Below, one piece after another: positions 57,557-64,000 of a stretch of DNA of 64,000 bases (the first letter of the stretch is position 1; the number at the start of each line of letters is the position of its first letter). A program made the position numbers and the translations under genes. The DNA is from Gloeobacterales cyanobacterium. Its GTDB lineage: Bacteria; Cyanobacteriota; Cyanobacteriia; Gloeobacterales; PMM-0068. The stretch is from NCBI GenBank assembly GCA_038245785.1, contig JBBRSB010000002.1, positions 256,001 to 320,000 on the forward strand, written 5' to 3'. The notes under the pieces are model-generated. The model saw only the letters and a program-made list of their open reading frames with translations. It searched no databases and was not told the origin of the DNA.

Positions 57557-58285
57557 GTGACTCTAATTTTTACGTTAAAAGTAGCAGAAGGACTGGTTTT
57601 GGCAGCAGAAAGCCGTATGACAATCAGTGAAGCAAATGTTCCGGTCTACTATTCTGAAGTCCAAAAGTTATTTCCCCTAAAGGACTATCCAGCAGCCATC
57701 TTGACCTGTGGAAGCGGTTTTTTGCAATCCAAAGCACTCTCCTCTTGGATTAGGGCTTTTGATAGTGAGTTGCCCCATAGTCTTTCCATTCGCCATGTCG
57801 CAGAACGACTACAAAAGTTTTTAGCTCCAGCCGATCCAGGCACAACAACGACGCTCGTTTTAGCTGGATTCAATCGAGAAGCAGTGCAAGGATTTGAAGC
57901 GGAGGTGTATAAGATCACTGCTTTTGAAAATGGAGACCAAAACTTTTTTGATCTCTCTGAATCGGTCAGTTTTTGGGATGGAGATTTTGAGGCTGTAACT
58001 CGACTGCTATTGGGGCGCTCCCCGACCTATTTCGAGGGCATTGCTTCACACATAGACAAAGCCCATCTAAAGAACCTGGACAAATCGGTACAAATGAATC
58101 CACCCTATTACGCGATGAGCCTTCAAGAAGGCATAGATTTTGTATACTTCCTCATGCAGACACAAATTCAATTTCAGCGTTTTGCCAGTCAGCCTCAAAG
58201 CTGTGGCGGGCCTGTCGATATAGCAGTCATCACACCAGAGGAAGGTTTTCAGTGGGTCCGGCGTAAAACTTTGCGCTTATCTTGA
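57557..58285 (+). CDS. Proteasome-beta-like Ntn-hydrolase
   Basis: After Met removal: Thr1, GLVLAAESR with Glu17, QKLF, C-terminal CGGPVDIAVIT. Confidence 0.7.
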   Translation: MTLIFTLKVAEGLVLAAESRMTISEANVPVYYSEVQKLFPLKDYPAAILTCGSGFLQSKALSSWIRAFDSELPHSLSIRHVAERLQKFLAPADPGTTTTLVLAGFNREAVQGFEAEVYKITAFENGDQNFFDLSESVSFWDGDFEAVTRLLLGRSPTYFEGIASHIDKAHLKNLDKSVQMNPPYYAMSLQEGIDFVYFLMQTQIQFQRFASQPQSCGGPVDIAVITPEEGFQWVRRKTLRLS

Positions 58286-58338
58286 GAACGGGTATCTCAA
58301 CAGCTTCAGCGTAACTATAGGGATTTCCACAAATAAAA

Positions 58339-58383
58339 GTGGCTCTTTAAATAGGACATTCAAGATCCTGTTTAAAGAGCCAC
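58339..58383. terminator. Long hairpin between convergent genes
   Basis: gtggctctttaaatagga-N9-tcctgtttaaagagccac. Confidence 0.6.
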
Positions 58384-58451
58384 ATCGTACGCTGCATTTG
58401 GGAATGAAGTGTATACAAATATACAGAGCCTGTCTGATTAATGACCATTAA

Positions 58452-59867
58452 TTAACATTTCTCTACAACAACCTGCAGCGGTCCTTTAGCGACACCGCCG
58501 CTCAAAGTTCCACCAGCGTGCACAACGGCTTCTAAATAATCCAGTGCTTCTTGACTAATTATGGTTCCAGGAATGAGCACAGGAATCCCAGGTGGATAGG
58601 GCTCTACAGAGTAGGCAGCGATCCTGCCGACCGCCTCTTTCCAGGAAACCTCTTCGTGTACAGAGAAATAGGCTTCCCGTGGACTACATGCTGGAGCGCC
58701 AAGTTTTGGAAAAGCGATCGGTTTAGGGATAGGCGTAGGAATGCTGTTTGGGTAGTGCATTAGAGCTTGCAATAACTGCTCACTATGGGTTTTCGGCGTG
58801 CAGTAAGAAGTTAAAAACACCAAATGATTCCAGCCAACCAATTCAGCGTGGAGATGGTGCTGTTCGCAGAGCCATGTTTCCAAAGCAGAGCCCGAACCGT
58901 CTAAGGCCACAGTCCATCGAGTCCAGTCGGAATGCTCAACCCAGGTATAGGTCGTCTCTCGCAGTTTTTGACGAAAGGCTTGCGCCTGCTGATACAACTG
59001 TTCTAAACCTGCATAGCCTTCCATCATCATTTGAGCACGAGCGGCATCCAGAGAAGCCATCATCGGATAGCTGGGGCTACTGGTTTGGACGATGCGCAAG
59101 GCTTGGGCTAGACGTTGCCGATCCACGCGTTGGCCTTTGGCGTGTAGGATCGCCCCCTGGGTCAAAGCGCCTAGGGTCTTATGGGCAGAATGGACGACTA
59201 GATCTGCGCCCAAAGCCACAGCACAGTCAGGCAACTGGGGATGAAACGCAAAATGACCACCATGAGCACTGTCTACTAAGACAATCAGGCCTGCTTGATG
59301 CGCCAGCTCTATCGTTGCTTCCAATACTCCCGTATGACCGTAGTAGGTAGGATAGACCAAACAGATTGCTTTAGCCTGTGGGTGCGCAGCAATAGCCTGC
59401 CTTATAGAAGCTAGGCTTACGCTTTCAGCCGTTCCCAGAAAGTCATTCCAGTCAGGTTCTAACCAGACGGGGATAGCCCCGCTCAAAACTAGGCCGTGAA
59501 GAGCAGAACGATGACTATTCCGAGGGAGCAGTACGCTATCGCCAGGAGCACAGGTTGCCAAGAGCATGGCCTGGACTCCGCTTGTAGAACCATTCACAAG
59601 AAAGTAGCTTTGGTCACTCCCCCAGGCTTGAGCGCTTAAAGCCTGGGCATGCTGAATTGGTCCTGTCGGTTCGTGTAGACTGTCAAGTCCTTCTAATTCG
59701 GTTAGATCTGCTTGAAAAAGCTGATGCCCCAAAAGTTTCTGAATCGCTGCGCAAGATCCAAAACCAAGATGTCCAGGGGTATGGAAGGCAATATTTTCAT
59801 GCTGAAGAAAGTTAAATAGAGCCTCAACTAGAGGCATCTGGGTACCAAATTCGTTATCCTTTGCCAT
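58452..59867 (-). CDS. Orn/Lys/Arg decarboxylase (PLP fold I)
   Basis: FHTPGH, LVNGST, DSAHG, HSAHKT, TSSPSY, YPPGIP; ATG 59867 preferred. Confidence 0.92.
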   Translation of the reverse strand: MAKDNEFGTQMPLVEALFNFLQHENIAFHTPGHLGFGSCAAIQKLLGHQLFQADLTELEGLDSLHEPTGPIQHAQALSAQAWGSDQSYFLVNGSTSGVQAMLLATCAPGDSVLLPRNSHRSALHGLVLSGAIPVWLEPDWNDFLGTAESVSLASIRQAIAAHPQAKAICLVYPTYYGHTGVLEATIELAHQAGLIVLVDSAHGGHFAFHPQLPDCAVALGADLVVHSAHKTLGALTQGAILHAKGQRVDRQRLAQALRIVQTSSPSYPMMASLDAARAQMMMEGYAGLEQLYQQAQAFRQKLRETTYTWVEHSDWTRWTVALDGSGSALETWLCEQHHLHAELVGWNHLVFLTSYCTPKTHSEQLLQALMHYPNSIPTPIPKPIAFPKLGAPACSPREAYFSVHEEVSWKEAVGRIAAYSVEPYPPGIPVLIPGTIISQEALDYLEAVVHAGGTLSGGVAKGPLQVVVEKC

Positions 59868-60117
59868 GCACGCGCAAGATGTCACGAATGGAGATAAATA
59901 GCTCTTCAGGCATTAAAACAGGTTCTGCAAAGAGCAGGGTCAACTTACCTGTTGGGTAATGAACGGCTACTCCACGGGGCTGTCGAGCCTGGTAACGATG
60001 GGTATCACAGTATTGTTCGTAGGTTGTCCGAGCCTCTTCGAGGATGGGCATAATGCGGGCAACGCTATCGGGTGTATTATTTCTTGGTTTATCAGTTTGA
60101 GTGACCATGATATTCAA
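59854..60117 (-). CDS. Small hypothetical protein
   Basis: Overlaps the decarboxylase start; TGKLTLLFAEPVLMPEELFI resembles conserved cyanobacterial small proteins. Confidence 0.6.
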   Translation of the reverse strand: MNIMVTQTDKPRNNTPDSVARIMPILEEARTTYEQYCDTHRYQARQPRGVAVHYPTGKLTLLFAEPVLMPEELFISIRDILRVHGKG

Positions 60118-60320
60118 CTGAAACAGGTATTAGATTACTCGGTAGCTTACCCGTAATAGTTAGGTTCTGGCAATAAGAAAACGATATTTCGAAACAGAAT
60201 AGATTTTACTCATCTGAATTGATTTCAATGAATCAATGGAATTAGGGGGATGAAGCCTTCGATTCAGACCCCCAATTCAGAAAACTTCAAGCGTGACCCA
60301 CGCGGCATCTTGCCTATTCT

Positions 60321-61838
60321 TTACTTGCGCTTAGGCCGAGTATATCCGGCAAGGTCTACGGCAGAAGCCTTGTACGCGTGGAGCACGCTGGGGATTAGCT
60401 CGAACTTCTGCGGTAAGTCCACCGCTGCGCCAGTCGGAGCACCAAGGGGGTTTTCCGGAGTGAAACCGCTCAGCTCAAAACAGCCACTGGTCAAGCCAAT
60501 TGGGCATGTATACGCCGCGTGCTTGAAATTCACGTAGATATCGAACTGCTCACCTGCACCGCTTTGCGTCACGCTGTAGTCGTTGTCTGTGCCGGCGAGG
60601 ATCATGTGACCGCCATCCTTTAACTTTGGCCCAATGGTCAGCCCTTCCCACTTCTCTGGCTGTCTGCCGGAGGGCAGGACTTTCTCGCCAGAAAGGTCGG
60701 TGAGGTCGATGAACGGACTGTCGGCATTCGGCGAGTCGCCGAACTTCTGCACTGGCACCAACCCAAATGGCAGATCGCCAAGGGGCAGAACCGCTTGGCC
60801 GATGTTGGTCGCGCCCTCTAGGCTGATCTTGTAGACCCGCTTGCTGCCTATCACACCGATCCCACTCGGGTCGTCTACCCCTAGACCTCGGTTGTCGCGC
60901 TCGATTACCAGGAACTCACGGTCGTTCAATGCCACGATCGCAGACAGACCGAGGTTACGGCCCTGGCGAGGGTTAGTGGCTGTTGTGAATCCGCCACCGT
61001 CGGTAATGCGCTGTGCCACTTCTGTTTGCAGCTCAATCTGATATATGTACTGCGCGAAGCTCTTTCCGTACGTGCTACTGGCAGGATCGTTGTCAAAGCC
61101 AACGATCCTGACATTGCGTCCATTCCTGCCGTTGTTGCCGCCGCCGTCATTGATCAGGGGATCCTGCATCACCGTGTAGAGCTTCTTGCCGTCAGGCGTA
61201 ACCGCCAGGCCTTCGAAGCCACGGTTGTCCTGCCTGCCTGCGCTAAGATCGCTGTCGCGGTCGGCTATGTAGTTCACTGTGCTCCCAACCTTAGGCACCA
61301 GGTTGCTGGGCGTTTCAAAGCTACGCAAGAAGCGGCCATTGCGATCGAACTCGTACAAGGATGGGCCATACTCGTCCGAGACGAGCAGGTTGCCGTTCAG
61401 CGGGTTGATTACCAGACCCTCTGGATCGAACGAACCACCGAGTACGCTGGAGTTACCGTTTAGCAACTGAGGATTCAACCCGTTGAAGGGGTTGCCCGCA
61501 GCATCGGTGAACTTGATCGTCCGCTTGATTTTGAAATTGGTGATTCGCCCATTAACCGGGTTCACGTTCAACCGGAATTGCTGTACGCGGGTCTCGTACG
61601 AGATTAGCCCACCGCCGGGACCACGATCCGAAAGCCCCCACCATTCCTCTCGGATAGGGTCATAGTACAAGTCGGAGAAGTAGCCCAGCCTCCGCTCATT
61701 GACGGTGCTGCCTGCCGCCTTGTCGAAGTCTGCTCCGTCGAGCACCAGCCCGTTCACCAGTTTTGGACTAGCTACAGCCGGGAAGGTTAATATGCAGCAG
61801 AACGTGGACATCACTACGGCAAGCTTTCTCCAATTCAT
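60321..61838 (-). CDS. Exported phytase-like / esterase beta-propeller protein
   Basis: LSDRGPGGG, DPEG, SDEYGP, NRGFEG, VIERD, EKWEGL, DND; visibly GC-rich. Confidence 0.85.
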   Translation of the reverse strand: MNWRKLAVVMSTFCCILTFPAVASPKLVNGLVLDGADFDKAAGSTVNERRLGYFSDLYYDPIREEWWGLSDRGPGGGLISYETRVQQFRLNVNPVNGRITNFKIKRTIKFTDAAGNPFNGLNPQLLNGNSSVLGGSFDPEGLVINPLNGNLLVSDEYGPSLYEFDRNGRFLRSFETPSNLVPKVGSTVNYIADRDSDLSAGRQDNRGFEGLAVTPDGKKLYTVMQDPLINDGGGNNGRNGRNVRIVGFDNDPASSTYGKSFAQYIYQIELQTEVAQRITDGGGFTTATNPRQGRNLGLSAIVALNDREFLVIERDNRGLGVDDPSGIGVIGSKRVYKISLEGATNIGQAVLPLGDLPFGLVPVQKFGDSPNADSPFIDLTDLSGEKVLPSGRQPEKWEGLTIGPKLKDGGHMILAGTDNDYSVTQSGAGEQFDIYVNFKHAAYTCPIGLTSGCFELSGFTPENPLGAPTGAAVDLPQKFELIPSVLHAYKASAVDLAGYTRPKRK

Positions 61839-62157
61839 CGAACGAAGTCTCCTGTCGGTTTAAGTGCCCACTCCAGCCAGTACACACCGGGGGGAAGGTT
61901 ATGAATCTCGCACGTTAGCTGAATGGTGCTTCAATATTTCCGTTGTTAATTCAACTTCCAAGGCAAGGACATTGTCAACCTAACATCCTTAACCTAACGA
62001 GGCCCGCAAAAGTTCAGATACTGTTTGACTGATTGCTCAGAGCCTATGGGTCTGTCTGATAGGGGATACAGAGGTTTTTGAGCAGCCTAAACCCAATGGC
62101 AGAAGAAGTTCGAGCACCCCATTGATTTCATAAAAGTTTAAGGGTAACAATTTTTAA

Positions 62158-62589
<432 letters not shown>

Positions 62590-62703
62590 GCACCTCTGCC
62601 ATTTTGGGCAAGAATTGTCTATTCTTTGAAGGCAATTCTGCCCAAGGCGCATCTCGACCAAATCAGTATTAAACTGCAACTCGTTGGGATGACTCGGCTA
62701 AAC

Positions 62704-63225
62704 ATGGTTACTTTTAAAAAAGCGACAACGGAAGATATCCCTATAATTCAAGAGTTAGCTCGTAAAATTTGGCACAAGTATTATCCTGGTATCATCTCAG
62801 TTGAGCAAATCAACTACATGCTTCCGATGATGTACAGTACATCTGTTATTTATAACGAATTGCTCACTCACATAATCTATGAATTGGTGATATATAATCA
62901 GGAATCCATAGGCTATCTCTCTTATCAATATGAAGAGAATAAAAGCAGGATCAAGCTCAACAAACTTTACTTATTGCCAGAATATCATAGTCAGGGAATC
63001 GGCCAAGCTATGCTGAATCGTGCTGAGGAAGTCAGTCAACAATATAATGTCAAGCAAATATATCTAACCGTTAATAAAAATAACAAGAAAGCGATAAAAG
63101 CCTATGAAAAGTTTGGCTTTATCCTGTCAGAGTCGATCATCAATGATATTGGAGGTGGACATGTGATGGATGACTTCATCATGATTTTCAATCTTAAAGA
63201 TAAGCAAATAGGAAACGAACTTTGA
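62704..63225 (+). CDS. GNAT acetyltransferase
   Basis: KLYLLPEYHSQGIG, LTVNKNNKKAIKAYEKFGF; AT-rich. Confidence 0.88.
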   Translation: MVTFKKATTEDIPIIQELARKIWHKYYPGIISVEQINYMLPMMYSTSVIYNELLTHIIYELVIYNQESIGYLSYQYEENKSRIKLNKLYLLPEYHSQGIGQAMLNRAEEVSQQYNVKQIYLTVNKNNKKAIKAYEKFGFILSESIINDIGGGHVMDDFIMIFNLKDKQIGNEL

Positions 63226-63548
63226 TCTTAGAAATTGCCACTCTTGATATTCGGCCAGGTCTGGCTCCTGACTTTGAATTAGCATTTTCAAACGCTGAGC
63301 CGATCATTTCCAGCATTCAGGGATACATTTCTCATGAATTGCAGCATTGTATTGAAAACTCAAATCGCTATGTTTTGCTTGTTTACTGGGAAACTCTAGA
63401 GGCTCATACTATAGGCTTCCGTGAGTCTCCACAATACGAGGATTGGAAAAAGCTGCTTCATCATTTTTATGAACCCTTCCCAAGCGTTGAGCATTTTGAA
63501 CAGATTTCAAGTTCGTCCACGCCTTTGAAAATCCATTCGGACTCGTAG
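63222..63548 (+). CDS. Antibiotic biosynthesis monooxygenase (ABM) family protein
   Basis: MILEIA...GYISHEL...WETLEAHTIGFRES...LLHHFY. Confidence 0.9.
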   Translation: MILEIATLDIRPGLAPDFELAFSNAEPIISSIQGYISHELQHCIENSNRYVLLVYWETLEAHTIGFRESPQYEDWKKLLHHFYEPFPSVEHFEQISSSSTPLKIHSDS

Positions 63549-63556
63549 GATCAACG

Positions 63557-64000
63557 CTACTTTCGAGCAATAATTGAAGTGCTAATAGGATTCCCTTGTT
63601 GTATCATCTGTGCTTGCAGATCGGAACGCAAAGAATTTGATTCGACTATCTGAGCAGGGATGACATTATTGCGCAGAGCAAAAGCAGCCGCATTCCCAGC
63701 AGCCGCCCCGATAGCCCATTCTGTAGGATGTACTCGATAGGCTGCATTCGTAATGTGACTTGTTGCAATGTTCTTATTGCCTGCCAATAGATTATCGACT
63801 TTCTGGGGAATCAAAGCACGGAGGGGTATTTGGTAAATATCATATTTAGCAGAAAGGAATGTGCGGGCTTCGTAGGGTGATTCTGTGAACTTCTGATCCA
63901 CAATGCAACTATGAAAATCAATGCGGTATTGCCCTAGTCCCACACTGTCAGCAAACAGGGTGGGTTGTCCTGGATTCGTAGCGGTTAATCCTGAACTTTT
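63557..64000 (-). CDS. FAD-dependent oxidoreductase, C-terminal part (gene starts beyond the window)
   Basis: YRIDFH, YQIPLRALIP, NLLAGNKNIATSHITNAAYRVHPTEW. Confidence 0.82.
   Translation of the reverse strand, partial: KSSGLTATNPGQPTLFADSVGLGQYRIDFHSCIVDQKFTESPYEARTFLSAKYDIYQIPLRALIPQKVDNLLAGNKNIATSHITNAAYRVHPTEWAIGAAAGNAAAFALRNNVIPAQIVESNSLRSDLQAQMIQQGNPISTSIIARK

Noticed and set aside
58748..59350. 200-aa plus-strand ORF
   Set aside because: Antisense to the decarboxylase; no motifs.

Overview
64 kb of a cyanobacterial chromosome, most likely an early-branching Gloeobacterales member. This rests on a Gloeobacter-like PsaM missed by the ORF track and on no HIP1 (GCGATCGC) octamer noticed on reading; it is an inference. 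The backbone is housekeeping: hflX, ychF, psaM, ruvA, murQ, ubiD, clpP, dnaJ, trmL, gap2, miaE, thiE/thiS, ssb, rsgA, xerD, a group-2 sigma factor, an HtrA protease and a divergent PII. Accessory features: (1) a tandem triplication of a secreted matrixin-type metalloprotease gene, with decayed hflX and phospholipase-D 5' stubs marking the junctions and supporting a non-canonical ATA start for hflX; (2) an uncharacterised three-gene operon with A / B / B-A domain architecture next to a secretin, GspE/PilB ATPase and three prepilins; (3) an exported Ig-like + c-type cytochrome protein and an exported vanadium-haloperoxidase/PAP2 protein; (4) a toxin-antitoxin-rich zone around rsgA/xerD, including two nucleotidyltransferase-like + XRE-HTH pairs flanking a frameshifted tnpB-only IS200/IS605 element that carries three tiny insertions; (5) nested REP/SDR-like mini-repeats; (6) a stand-alone proteasome-beta-like protein. 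No rRNA, tRNA or CRISPR array was seen. All family calls come from motif recognition, not database searches.
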